This document shows positions 1 through 9,295 of a DNA stretch of 26,003 nt, in pieces. Where the stretch lies: NCBI GenBank assembly GCA_002254595.1, contig NJEH01000017.1, forward strand, positions 1 to 26,003, in the 5' to 3' direction. This DNA is from Thermofilum sp. ex4484_15. GTDB lineage: Archaea > Thermoproteota > Thermoprotei > Thermofilales > EX4484-15. Every line of letters begins with the position of its first letter. Position 1 is the first letter of the stretch. The position numbers were made by a program, and so were the translations under genes. Below the pieces are notes generated by a model. That model was not told where the DNA came from. It saw nothing but the letters and a program-made list of their open reading frames with translations, and did not search any database.

Positions 1-909
1 CTCGCGTTTACAAATATCCATAGCGTAAGGACACCTAGGGTGGAACCTACAACCCGGAGGAGGGTTAATAGGCGAAGGTACTTCCCCCTTAGGTATTATC
101 CTCTTCTCCAGCCGTGCTCTAGCTACCTCCGGATCAGGTATTGGTATAGCGGAGAAGAGCATTTGAGTATAAGGATGTAAAGGCTTTTCGAATACCTCTT
201 CGGAGGAAGCTATTTCCACTATCTTACCTAGGTACATAACCGCTATCGTATGGCTCATGTACCTTACTACGCTTAAATCGTGGGATATGAAAAGGTAAGT
301 AAGCCCTAAATCCTTCTGTAGGTCCCTGAGCATGTTAAGTATTTGCGCCTGTACGGATACGTCTAAGGCCGAAGTAGGTTCGTCTAATACCATGAATATA
401 GGCCTTAAAGCTAACGCCCTAGCTATTACTATCCTCTGCCTCTGTCCGCCGCTAAATTCGTGGGGGTATCTATATAAGTGCTCCTTCTTAAGTCCTACCC
501 TCTCGAGGAGTGAGATTACGTATTCCTCAGGATTCCCTACGTCGATCTTATGTACTCTTACCGGTTCATAAATTATATCGAAGATCATCATCCTAGGATC
601 TAAGGAGGAGAAGGGATCTTGAAAGACTATTTGGGCTTTCCTCCTAAAGGCCATTAGCTCCTTTCCTTTAAGTTCGAAGACGTTCCTGCCCTGGAAGTAA
701 ACCTTACCGTTAGTAGGCTCTATAAGCCTTAAGATTAACCTACCTAGGGTCGTCTTACCGCAACCCGATTCCCCTACTAAGCCGAAGCACTCCCCCTTTA
801 GGATGTCGAAACTTACCCTATCTACCGCGTGGACATTCCCTACGGTCCAGAAGAGCCTTTTAACGGGGAAGTACTTAACTAGATCCCTTACTTCTATAAG
901 CGCCTTCAC
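1..909 (-). CDS. oppF: Peptide ABC transporter ATP-binding subunit (OppF/DppF), 3'-truncated by the window edge; absent from the ORF track
   Basis: Manual translation from GTG at 909: [49 protein letters not shown] (Walker A), [13 protein letters not shown] (signature), [11 protein letters not shown] (Walker B), FISHDL (H-loop), [19 protein letters not shown] (oligo_HPY C-terminal motif). The frame is open to position 1. Confidence 0.93.
   Translation of the reverse strand, partial: MKALIEVRDLVKYFPVKRLFWTVGNVHAVDRVSFDILKGECFGLVGESGCGKTTLGRLILRLIEPTNGKVYFQGRNVFELKGKELMAFRRKAQIVFQDPFSSLDPRMMIFDIIYEPVRVHKIDVGNPEEYVISLLERVGLKKEHLYRYPHEFSGGQRQRIVIARALALRPIFMVLDEPTSALDVSVQAQILNMLRDLQKDLGLTYLFISHDLSVVRYMSHTIAVMYLGKIVEIASSEEVFEKPLHPYTQMLFSAIPIPDPEVARARLEKRIIPKGEVPSPINPPPGCRFHPRCPYAMDICKRE
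769..798. repeat. 30-nt exact repeat shared with 1763..1792 (oppF vs oppD, codons [10 protein letters not shown])
   Basis: ttcccctactaagccgaagcactccccctt occurs identically at 769-798 and 1763-1792. Confidence 0.85.
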
Positions 910-913
910 GAAC

Positions 914-1891
914 TCACCTCTTAGCGTAAAGCCAACAAGCTACGTAATGTTCAGGCTTAACTTCCACCATAGGTGGCCTCTCCCTTTTACATATCTCTGC
1001 AACTAAACTACACCTAGGATGGAAGCGGCAACCCGGTGGTGGTCTTATTAAGTTAGGTATAGTACCAGGAATGGGCTTAAGTCTAACCTCCCTACTCTTC
1101 GTTATAATGGGTACAGCTTCTAACAATCCCTTCGTATATGGGTGCAATGGATCCTTGAAGAGATCGTAAACGTTAGCCAGTTCCACTATTTGGCCAGCGT
1201 ACATAACAGCTACCCTATCGCACATTTCAGCTACTATGCCTAAATTATGGGTAACTAAGATCAGGGTGGTTCCGTACTTCCTCCTTAGATCCCTAAGTAA
1301 GTCCAATATTTGCGCTTGGATGGTAACGTCTACGTTAGTAGTAGGTTCATCGGCTATTATGAGGTCGGGAACGCATGAAATTGCCGTAGCGATTACTACC
1401 CTCTGCTTCATTCCTCCGGAGAGCTCGTGAGGATAATTCCTGCTCCTCTCTTTAGGCTCCGGTATCATAACTGTTTTAAACAAGTTAACTACCCTCTTCC
1501 ACATCTCCTTTACATCCTTAACTAGGCCGTGTACTAAGAGGGGCTCTCCAGCTTGGTACCCTACCTTATATAGCGGATCTAGGGCGCTCATGGGTTCCTG
1601 TACTATGAACCCTATCTTCCTCCCTCTTAATTTCCTCACTTCACTTTCAGGTAAGCTTAGTACGTCTAGGCCCTCGAAGTATATCTTGCCAGAAACTATC
1701 CTACCTGGAGGGGGTACTAGCTTAATTACGGACCTCATAGTTACCGATTTACCACAACCGGTTTCCCCTACTAAGCCGAAGCACTCCCCCTTGCGGACGC
1801 TTAAATTTACTCCTTCTATAGCCTTAACTACCCCTGCGTAAGTGTAAAAGTACACTTTAAGCCCCTCTATCCTTAATATCTCCTCGTTCAC
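914..1891 (-). CDS. oppD: Peptide ABC transporter ATP-binding subunit (OppD/DppD)
   Basis: GETGCGKS Walker A, LSGGMKQR signature, IIADEPTT Walker [24 protein letters not shown] tail. The GTG start overlaps the oppC TGA. Confidence 0.96.
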   Translation of the reverse strand: MNEEILRIEGLKVYFYTYAGVVKAIEGVNLSVRKGECFGLVGETGCGKSVTMRSVIKLVPPPGRIVSGKIYFEGLDVLSLPESEVRKLRGRKIGFIVQEPMSALDPLYKVGYQAGEPLLVHGLVKDVKEMWKRVVNLFKTVMIPEPKERSRNYPHELSGGMKQRVVIATAISCVPDLIIADEPTTNVDVTIQAQILDLLRDLRRKYGTTLILVTHNLGIVAEMCDRVAVMYAGQIVELANVYDLFKDPLHPYTKGLLEAVPIITKSREVRLKPIPGTIPNLIRPPPGCRFHPRCSLVAEICKRERPPMVEVKPEHYVACWLYAKR

Positions 1892-2874
1892 TCCTTCTCA
1901 CCTTTCACTTCGAATTCCAATCTCCTCCTAAACCTAGGATCTAATACGTCCCTTAGTCCATCCCCTAGTAAATTAAAACCTAACGCGAATAGGAATAACA
2001 TGAAGCCAGGTATTAAGGAGTACCACCATTTCTCGGGTAGGTAATCTAATCCATCGAATACTATCCTGCCTAATTCGGGGGTAGGGGGTTGGGCGCCTAA
2101 TCCTAGGAAGGATAAGTTAGCTCCCGTGAGGACTACCCCCGCTATGTCCATAGTTGTGTATATTATTAACGGGGAGATGACGTTAGGCAATATATGCTTC
2201 ACTATTATGGAGAAGTTCCCCATACCCACTGCCCTAGCCGCCTCTATGTATAGGTTCTCCTTAACCGAAAGGACCTGCCCTCTAATTAGCCTCACGTAAC
2301 CTGGCCACCATACGGTTATTAAAGCTATTATAGCGCTCATTAAACCGGCTCCTAAGGAGGCCGAAATGGCCATAGCTAGTACTAGTGCTGGGAACGCTAG
2401 GAACATATCGGTAATCCTCGATATTACCTCATCTACCTTACCGCCGTAGTAGCCAGCTATTAAGCCTAGTATAATGCCTATAGGTATCGCTACCACTAAT
2501 ACTACTAACGAATACACTAAGGATACCTGTATCCCCAGCATGGATCTAGCGAATATATCCCTCCCGTAATCGTCGGTACCGAACCAATGTTTCCAACTAG
2601 GCGGTTGAAGTACGTCGAGGGACCAATCGAAAGCGTTAAAGGAAGGTTCGGTCCTTATAATGCCGTGAGAATATAGGAAGCCCATTAGGCCTCTTATGCC
2701 ATCGAGTATCCAAGGTCCGAAAACCCCTAGGATAACGAATATAATTACCATTATTGAACCGGCTACTGAAAGCGGCGATCTCTTAAAAGCGTAGAACATT
2801 AACCGGTATTCCTCTATTTTCGCTGCATTCTTAAATTTCCATTTTTCATACCTCTCCTTGAGGGATTTAAACAT
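1888..2874 (-). CDS. oppC: Peptide ABC transporter permease (OppC/DppC)
   Basis: HWFGTDDYGRDIF motif, EAA loop (YIEAARAVGMGNFSIIVKHILPN), LSFLGLGAQPPTPELG, multiple TM helices. The ATG overlaps the oppB TAA. Confidence 0.95.
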   Translation of the reverse strand: MFKSLKERYEKWKFKNAAKIEEYRLMFYAFKRSPLSVAGSIMVIIFVILGVFGPWILDGIRGLMGFLYSHGIIRTEPSFNAFDWSLDVLQPPSWKHWFGTDDYGRDIFARSMLGIQVSLVYSLVVLVVAIPIGIILGLIAGYYGGKVDEVISRITDMFLAFPALVLAMAISASLGAGLMSAIIALITVWWPGYVRLIRGQVLSVKENLYIEAARAVGMGNFSIIVKHILPNVISPLIIYTTMDIAGVVLTGANLSFLGLGAQPPTPELGRIVFDGLDYLPEKWWYSLIPGFMLFLFALGFNLLGDGLRDVLDPRFRRRLEFEVKGEKE

Positions 2875-3881
2875 TACAACCTCACCCTTGGATCTACAGC
2901 TCCGTAAAGCAAGTCAACTACTAAGTTAACTAATAAGTAAGTCATGACTATTAAGAAGGTGGTAGCCATAATTACGGGTATATCCATGGACCTTAATACA
3001 GCCATAACAGTATATCTACCGGCACCAGCTAGCGCAAATACAGTCTCGGTAATGAAGGCCCCCCCGAGTAACCCTCCGAACATCAACCCTCCTACGGTTA
3101 TTATAGGTATGATGGCGTTCTTCATAGCATGCTTGAGTACTACCATCCTCTCCGGTAAGCCCTTCATCCTAGTATAATCGATGTACTCGGAACTTAAAGC
3201 ATCTAAGAGGCTTCCCCTCATTAACCTAGCTATTACGCCGGCATTAGGTAAGGCTAGGGAGAAGGCAGGTAAGAATAAATGCCTTAAGTTATCAATGAAA
3301 GAACTCCAATCTCCGCATAATAAGCTATCTAAGAGGTACATGCCCGTATATATTTTGGCTGGAGGTTTACCTAAGCCTATGCCGGGGAACCAACCTAACT
3401 TCCAATAAAATAATAACTGGATGCCTATAGCCCATAGGAAGTAAGGCATGGAGTAAGCCACTAAGGAGAATACCCTAATTACGTAATCGATCCACTTATC
3501 TTGTTTCATCGCCGCTACGATACCTAACGGTACTCCTATTAAGAGTATTAACGCCTCCCCGGCGATCGCTAATTGAACGGTAACCGGGTAGTAATCACGT
3601 AGGTCCTCGAAGATAGGCCTTCCGCTCATCATTGAAGTACCCCAATGCCCGGTGAATAGATCTCTAACGTAGTAAGCGAATTGTTCCCACCAAGGCTTAT
3701 CTAAGTGGTAAAGCTGTTCTAACCTCTTTAACGCTTCTAAGTTTAAGTGCCTAGCGAAACCTGCTTTAGCTGGCATCATGGGTACTACATGGGAGACTAT
3801 AAACGTTATAAATAGAGCACCTAGGATAGTAGGTATAAATGTCAGTAACCTCCTTATCAGGTAATACTTATACTCCGCCAC
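2874..3881 (-). CDS. oppB: Peptide ABC transporter permease (OppB/DppB)
   Basis: YLIRRLLTFIPT start, GxWGTS, EAA loop (YIDYTRMKGLPERMVVLKHAMKNA), VDLLYGAVDPRVRL end. GTG start with GGGGGT RBS. Confidence 0.95.
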   Translation of the reverse strand: MAEYKYYLIRRLLTFIPTILGALFITFIVSHVVPMMPAKAGFARHLNLEALKRLEQLYHLDKPWWEQFAYYVRDLFTGHWGTSMMSGRPIFEDLRDYYPVTVQLAIAGEALILLIGVPLGIVAAMKQDKWIDYVIRVFSLVAYSMPYFLWAIGIQLLFYWKLGWFPGIGLGKPPAKIYTGMYLLDSLLCGDWSSFIDNLRHLFLPAFSLALPNAGVIARLMRGSLLDALSSEYIDYTRMKGLPERMVVLKHAMKNAIIPIITVGGLMFGGLLGGAFITETVFALAGAGRYTVMAVLRSMDIPVIMATTFLIVMTYLLVNLVVDLLYGAVDPRVRL

Positions 3882-3959
3882 CTATACCCCCGTCCTTGGG
3901 ATATTACGAGCTGTTAGTCATATATGAGTACGTCCTAATTATCGTTTTCCATATTAACT

Positions 3960-4006
3960 TTAGAAAAGAATTATTACGAAAAAATATAATGAAAAATTTT
4001 CAGAAG
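3960..4006 (-). terminator. T-rich tract downstream of oppA (candidate archaeal terminator/attenuator)
   Basis: The minus strand reads ..aaaatttttcattatattttttcgtaataattcttttctaa just after the oppA stop, within a 125-nt gap before oppB. Confidence 0.35.
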
Positions 4007-5923
4007 CTAGCCTTTAACTACCTTTACCTCGGAGAAATCCCAGCCTCCCCAGAGTAATGGGTAAGCGTAGTCGTCAGGATCTACGTAATCGGGAGCCCAA
4101 CCCACTATGTAGACGTCGAACTCTCCCCTGGAGGTCTTCCTTAAGTAAGTAGGCCAGGCCAATGCCTTTACCTTAACATTGAAACCTAACCTACCCCACT
4201 CCCTCTGGAGTAAGGTAGCTATCATCTCCCTGATCTTGTTACCTTGGTTATATAAGATGGTTATAGTGTACTTAGAAGGATCTATACCGGACTTCTTGAT
4301 TAACTCCTTAGCCTTAGTTATGTTGTAGGTGTACTTAATTAATCCCTTCTCGGTATAGCCTGGCATACCCCTAGGTAATACTCCGTACAAAGGCTCGTAA
4401 TGCTTCCTAAATACGTTCTTGTAGATGAACTCATAAGGTATAGCGTAGGCTAACGCCCTCCTAACTAACGTATTGTTGAAGGGAGCCCTCATGTTATTTA
4501 ATACTATGAAGAGTATATCGAAAGTATCCCCTACCCATGGCATTAAGAAGTGCCAAGTCTTACCCTTATAGGTTAAAGTAACGTGCTCTAACTTATACTC
4601 GGAAGCCGGGAATACGGCGCCCATGTCGGCATCCCCCTTGGAGAGAACCATGATCCTAGTCTGCTCTTCGGGGACTATCTTCGAAATGTACTCCTTTATC
4701 TTAGGCTTCGGGTAACCCCAGTAGTAGGGGTTAGCCCTTATCTTTAAGTACCTCTCGTGCTTCCACTCGACTAAGTAGTAAGCTCCAGTACCTACTGGGT
4801 GTTCATCCAACCACTTGAGGGCTAAGGGGTCCTTGGTCGAATTGTGCATAGCTACTACCTTCTCGCTTACTATATCGCCTACGTTGCTAGCTAAGCACGC
4901 TAATATAGCTAAGTAAGGCTTATAGAGGGTTATTTCTACATAACCAGCTATTTTAGTCTTGGTCCTATGCCATGGTACGTAAGCGAACTTCTCCCTGAAT
5001 AAGTAGAGCCATTCGGGTATACTAGTTACCCTATAGTTCCTACCTAAAACGGGAGCGATCAATCCCTTACTTATAATCTTAGTCATCTCGCTCTTAGGCA
5101 CTACCCTGGCATCCTTTACGAAGTCCTTTATTATCCACTCTGGGTAGTCCTTCTTCTCATAATTAGCGGATTCTATCATCCTCTTTATTGAGTAAACTAC
5201 GTCCTTAGGAGTGAGCGGTATGGTCTTATTATCCCAGGGATCGTAGAAGACTATGCCATCCCTTATGGCGAAATATACATGTAGGCCGCTAGGATCCATA
5301 GCCCAAGCATAAGCTAACTCCGGAACGACGTTCTTCGAATCATTACCGTAGTAAAATACTAATCTATTGTATATTTGGATGCCGAAGCCCCAACCCCCAG
5401 TTTCGTAAGTTTGAGCCGGATCTAGGGACTCCGGCTCATCTATATCTAGGACTATTAACTTGTCCGGCTTAGGTCCGTTCGGATCCTTGGAGACGAAAAT
5501 TAAGTTAACCATAGCTAGTACGGGGTTAAAGAACGGTAGCTTAACCCACTCCCAATAGTGCCTCCTAGCCCTAGCCTGCCCTAGCCATATTATGGGTAAT
5601 TCCTTATTAGATATCCTCTGGATAATATTGTAAAGCTTAGTCCTTAATATGGGGTCGGTTTCGTACTTAGCTGCGTAGAGTAAAGCGTCTAGGGTAACGT
5701 TACTGTAGAAGGCAGGACCTATAGTGGAGAAACCTATTAACCTACTCTTGTTAGGCGGTACGGCCCCTTTATACACTATATAGTAGCCCTTAAGCCCAGG
5801 TATCGGGAACTTTCCCTCCCTAGGTACTTGAGCTTGGGCAAGTAAAGGTGCGGAAACGTAGAAGGAAAATACTAGGAGTAGGACTATTAGGGCAGACGCT
5901 ACCTTTAAGTAGGCCCTACTCAA
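4007..5923 (-). CDS. oppA: Family-5 peptide-binding protein (OppA/DppA), apparently circularly permuted; the ORF extends to 5971 but TTG at 5923 is the likelier start
   Basis: SBP_bac_5 motifs: EPESLDPA, IYNRLV, PELAYAW, PVGTGAY, VRRALAYAI, GWAPDYVDPD. N-terminal hydrophobic signal ending in LAQA. AAGGGGG RBS precedes TTG 5923. Seven N-x-S/T sequons. Confidence 0.92.
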   Translation of the reverse strand: MSRAYLKVASALIVLLLVFSFYVSAPLLAQAQVPREGKFPIPGLKGYYIVYKGAVPPNKSRLIGFSTIGPAFYSNVTLDALLYAAKYETDPILRTKLYNIIQRISNKELPIIWLGQARARRHYWEWVKLPFFNPVLAMVNLIFVSKDPNGPKPDKLIVLDIDEPESLDPAQTYETGGWGFGIQIYNRLVFYYGNDSKNVVPELAYAWAMDPSGLHVYFAIRDGIVFYDPWDNKTIPLTPKDVVYSIKRMIESANYEKKDYPEWIIKDFVKDARVVPKSEMTKIISKGLIAPVLGRNYRVTSIPEWLYLFREKFAYVPWHRTKTKIAGYVEITLYKPYLAILACLASNVGDIVSEKVVAMHNSTKDPLALKWLDEHPVGTGAYYLVEWKHERYLKIRANPYYWGYPKPKIKEYISKIVPEEQTRIMVLSKGDADMGAVFPASEYKLEHVTLTYKGKTWHFLMPWVGDTFDILFIVLNNMRAPFNNTLVRRALAYAIPYEFIYKNVFRKHYEPLYGVLPRGMPGYTEKGLIKYTYNITKAKELIKKSGIDPSKYTITILYNQGNKIREMIATLLQREWGRLGFNVKVKALAWPTYLRKTSRGEFDVYIVGWAPDYVDPDDYAYPLLWGGWDFSEVKVVKG

Positions 5924-5968
5924 ATCGACCCCCTTAAATACTTTTCGGGTTCGGAGTATTAAGTAACT

Positions 5969-5983
5969 CAAAGGATATATAAA
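5969..5983 (+). promoter_or_regulatory. BRE/TATA box in the divergent oppA / 6017 intergenic region
   Basis: caaagga-TATATAAA at 5969-5983, about 33 nt before ATG 6017. The reverse strand also reads TTTATATA. Confidence 0.45.
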
Positions 5984-6016
5984 TGTTGAGGTCTATAGAA
6001 TACTAGGAAGGATTTC

Positions 6017-6769
6017 ATGGTCCTCTTAGTGCCTTGCGCTATGCGAGATCCTTTAACAGATAGAAAGGTATTTAGGGAAGTTAGGAAGGGCTTGAATTTA
6101 AGGAAGGGTAAAGAGTTAGAAGCCGACTTAAGGCTATTCTGGATGCCCTATCAAATCATAACCTATAAGGATTATTTAGGTCGCGTAAGGAGGATGTGTA
6201 TAGACCTCCATTATTATGATGCCTTAGCTCCTTCGCACCGCTTACTTTTACTAATAAAAAATAGTTACTTGAAATTTAAGGCCGTAGAGGGTAAAGTAGG
6301 GGACGGTACCTTAGTGAAGGCTGAGGTTAAGGATTCGTATAGAGTGATATACGATATCGTAAGCTTATTCGAGAGGATAAAGGAAGGGGTAAGGGAATAT
6401 TCTAGCCTTTTAATAAGTTATGCTCATAAATTAGGTAGGGTGGATTTAGCGAGGACCCTTTTCATACCTACCGGTTTTAAATCGCTTAAGGAATTAAAGG
6501 CTATGGAGGAGGCGGGAAGGGAAAGGGGAGAGCTAATATTAATTAAAGCCATTATAGAGGGCGGTTTAAACTTAGGAAAGCCACCTTTAGGAGTTTCGAG
6601 AGAATTAAAGGTATTTTATTTTCCTAAAGTATTGGCCAAGTACGGAGGGAAGGTAGCTTTCGTAGAGGTAGGCGGTAAAAACCCCTCCTTAGATAAGGTC
6701 TTCACGTCGTTATATTCTGAAGATGAATCCTTTAAGCTCTTAACGGACGAACTATTTTCGATGGTATAA
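6017..6769 (+). CDS. Hypothetical protein (250 aa), first gene of a three-gene + strand unit
   Basis: Long ORF with a promoter upstream and a 4-nt gap to the next gene. No family recognised. Confidence 0.75.
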   Translation: MVLLVPCAMRDPLTDRKVFREVRKGLNLRKGKELEADLRLFWMPYQIITYKDYLGRVRRMCIDLHYYDALAPSHRLLLLIKNSYLKFKAVEGKVGDGTLVKAEVKDSYRVIYDIVSLFERIKEGVREYSSLLISYAHKLGRVDLARTLFIPTGFKSLKELKAMEEAGRERGELILIKAIIEGGLNLGKPPLGVSRELKVFYFPKVLAKYGGKVAFVEVGGKNPSLDKVFTSLYSEDESFKLLTDELFSMV

Positions 6770-6773
6770 GGCT

Positions 6774-7607
6774 ATGAGGGTAAGGGTAGGCGTTGTAATA
6801 CCCGCTAGGAACGAGGAAAGGTATATAGGTAAGACACTATCGGCCTTACTTAATCAGGAGTTAAGGCCTTCTGAAATAGTAGTAGTTGACGACGGTTCTA
6901 AGGACGATACACCTATTCTCGCGGAAAGCTACGGCGTTAAGGTAATTAGGTTAAAAGATAGAGGTTATAGAGCTACCGGCCTACCGATATTAGCATCGGT
7001 CATTAACAAAGGGTTAGAGGCGCTAGAGGAAGCAGGTCCCTTCGACTACCTAATGGTATTAGGAGCAGATCATCTATTGCCGCGTAACTACCTCTCAGAA
7101 CTAACTAAGAGGATGGAACGAAACGTAAGTTTAGCCATAGCTTCTGGAATTATACTCGGTGAGAGTGGGTTAATCGAAGTACCTCGTGGTTCCGGGAGGG
7201 TAGTAAGGTACTCCTTTTGGAATTCGATAGGGTTAAGGTACCCCTTAAATTACGGGTGGGAAGCTTATATAATATTTAAGGCTTTAGCTAAAGGTTACGA
7301 AGTTAAGGTATTTAAGGACTTAATTACCTTAACGCTTAGGCCTACTGGTAGGTCGACGAATAGTATAAGCTACGGTAGGGCCATGAAGGCATTAGGCTAC
7401 CCCGTACCGTACGTATTAGCTAGGATGGTAGTTAATTTAAATAGGGGACTTAGGTGGTCGGTAGGCATGGTTGCGGGCTTCCTTTCCTCCCCTAAGGGCT
7501 TTAAATACTACGAGGATGAAGTTAGGTCCTACGTAAAGTTATACGCTTGTACTAGGTTAATGAGTGGAGTTCTTAGGTTATTGAAGGGGTGTATAGGGCT
7601 TGGTTAG
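6774..7607 (+). CDS. Glycosyltransferase family 2
   Basis: VVIPARNEERYI, VVVDDGSKDDT, LGADH at the DxD position. Confidence 0.9.
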   Translation: MRVRVGVVIPARNEERYIGKTLSALLNQELRPSEIVVVDDGSKDDTPILAESYGVKVIRLKDRGYRATGLPILASVINKGLEALEEAGPFDYLMVLGADHLLPRNYLSELTKRMERNVSLAIASGIILGESGLIEVPRGSGRVVRYSFWNSIGLRYPLNYGWEAYIIFKALAKGYEVKVFKDLITLTLRPTGRSTNSISYGRAMKALGYPVPYVLARMVVNLNRGLRWSVGMVAGFLSSPKGFKYYEDEVRSYVKLYACTRLMSGVLRLLKGCIGLG

Positions 7608-8550
7608 GATATGCATAACGGCCGATAGATTCGGCTTTTACTGCCCAGAGGCTCTAGAGGCGTTAAAGGAGGTAGGTGAGGTAATTAAGTTAAGGCCTGC
7701 AGCTAACTTAAGGGACGTATTAAAGTCCTTAAGGTACTGCGATGCCTTAATAATGGGACCGGAACTGGAGTTGGACGAACGAGCTTTAGAGGAATTGAAA
7801 TACCTAAAGATAATAGCGTTACATTCCCCCAACTTTATCAACGTAGACCTAGAGGCCGCTACTCGAAGGGGGACAGTAGTACTTAGGGCAGTACAGGCAG
7901 TAGCTACTTCCGTAGCCGAGTACGTTATGGCCTTACTCCTTTCACTAGTGAAAAGAATTAATGAAGCTTATTCATCGGTTAAAAGCGGTAGGAGCGATAA
8001 GAGGACTTCACTAGTAGGTTTTGAACTTAGAGGCAAGAAGTTAGGTATATTGCACTTAGGCGAGGTAGGTAAGGAATTGGCTAACATTGCTAATAGGGGT
8101 TTCGGAATGGAGATATTAGTATTCGATCCCTTTTCGGAAATCCCTAGGGACTATCGTAAAGTAAATAACTTTAAGGAATTATTAGTTAACTCAGACGTAA
8201 TAACCATTCAAGATCCCTTACCGCCTAAGTTCAAGCGCTTAATAAATGAGCTCGATTTCAGAAGCGTTAAGGAAGGAGGGATCCTAATAGACGTCACGGG
8301 CGGGGAAGTAATAAGCGAGGAAGTAATAGCCGAATTGGTGGAGGAAGGTAGGTTAATAGGGGTAGCCCTTGATAGTTTACCTAAGTCCTATAGGCTCTTC
8401 AAATATCCTAACGTGATAATAACTCCTCAGACCTCCTATTATACGCTTGAAGGGATAGCTAGAATGGAGTTGATGTTAGCTGAGGACATAGTTAAGTATT
8501 TTAAGGGGGAAAGGCCGAAGAGGGTAGCTAACCCCGAGGTATTTAAGTAA
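7600..8550 (+). CDS. D-isomer-specific 2-hydroxyacid dehydrogenase family protein with degenerate active site
   Basis: Fold markers NVDLEAAT, SVAEY, ELRGKKLGI, FGMEILVFDP, NVIITP, ANPEV. The canonical GxGxxG, RG, E and H motifs are altered. TTG start overlaps the GT2 end. Confidence 0.85.
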   Translation: MVRICITADRFGFYCPEALEALKEVGEVIKLRPAANLRDVLKSLRYCDALIMGPELELDERALEELKYLKIIALHSPNFINVDLEAATRRGTVVLRAVQAVATSVAEYVMALLLSLVKRINEAYSSVKSGRSDKRTSLVGFELRGKKLGILHLGEVGKELANIANRGFGMEILVFDPFSEIPRDYRKVNNFKELLVNSDVITIQDPLPPKFKRLINELDFRSVKEGGILIDVTGGEVISEEVIAELVEEGRLIGVALDSLPKSYRLFKYPNVIITPQTSYYTLEGIARMELMLAEDIVKYFKGERPKRVANPEVFK

Positions 8551-8559
8551 TAGTAATAT

Positions 8560-9222
8560 TTAATTTAGGAACCCCCTTTCCTTAACCTCCCTCACTATTA
8601 GATCCCTTATCGCCTTAGCTACTTCGAAGGCATCCCCTTCCGCATTCAAGTAGTACACGTTAAATTCCTCCCTTAACTCCTTAGGTAGGTTGTAGTAAGC
8701 TTCCGTCTGCCTCCTGAGGTATTCTACCTCCTCGAAGACGTCGAAGACCCTTCCCTCCACCCTCCTCCTCCTCAGTAGTTCCTCTAAACTTACTTTTAAA
8801 ATTATAGTTAATGAAGGTAGGGCCTTACAATACTTATTTATCTCCCTTAACCATGTTATGTCGGCGCCTCCTATTAGGCCTTGGTAGATGAAAGTGGTAA
8901 GTAAGGACCTTTCTTGGACTATAAGGTATTTATCCCTTAGCTCCTCTAACGGTTTAATTCTAACCCTATAATAGTGCAAATGATCTAGGGCGTAAGCTAA
9001 CGCGTACTCCTCTGGGGATACCTCGCTCTTTAAGCTCCTTAAAATATCGGTGAAAGAACCAGTTACCATATCGTTCGTAGGTAGCTCGGCCTTCCTTATG
9101 ATTATTCCCTTTAGCGAATTACCCTTCCTCTTCTCTCTTTTAAGTAATTCCACCACTAAGTTCGTTATAGTAGTCTTGCCGGAGAGATCCGGCCCGTCTA
9201 TTGAAACTATGAAAACTACCAA
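8560..9222 (-). CDS. tmk: Thymidylate (dTMP) kinase-like P-loop kinase
   Basis: SIDGPDLSGKTT P-loop, ERSLLTTFIYQG (variant of DRYxxSxxAYQG), LPSLTIILKV, lid region DVFE. Confidence 0.72.
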   Translation of the reverse strand: MVVFIVSIDGPDLSGKTTITNLVVELLKREKRKGNSLKGIIIRKAELPTNDMVTGSFTDILRSLKSEVSPEEYALAYALDHLHYYRVRIKPLEELRDKYLIVQERSLLTTFIYQGLIGGADITWLREINKYCKALPSLTIILKVSLEELLRRRRVEGRVFDVFEEVEYLRRQTEAYYNLPKELREEFNVYYLNAEGDAFEVAKAIRDLIVREVKERGFLN

Positions 9223-9295
9223 GGCGTAACCCTAGTTACCTTCTTCATAGGGATTAGATATACTTAACATTTAAGTTTAACGAACGATATACTAG

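Noticed and set aside
332-3408. Short + strand ORFs at 332, 803, 1236, 1590, 2944 and 3181
   Set aside because: All are antisense to well-supported opp genes, with no motifs or RBS; these are shadow ORFs.
3839-4057. 72-aa + strand ORF spanning the oppA-oppB gap
   Set aside because: It overlaps both genes antisense, and the composition reflects AT-rich intergenic DNA.
5924-5971. N-terminal extension of OppA in the ORF track (MSYLILRTRKVFKGVD)
   Set aside because: It lies over promoter and RBS sequence; TTG 5923 has a proper RBS and gives a normal signal peptide.
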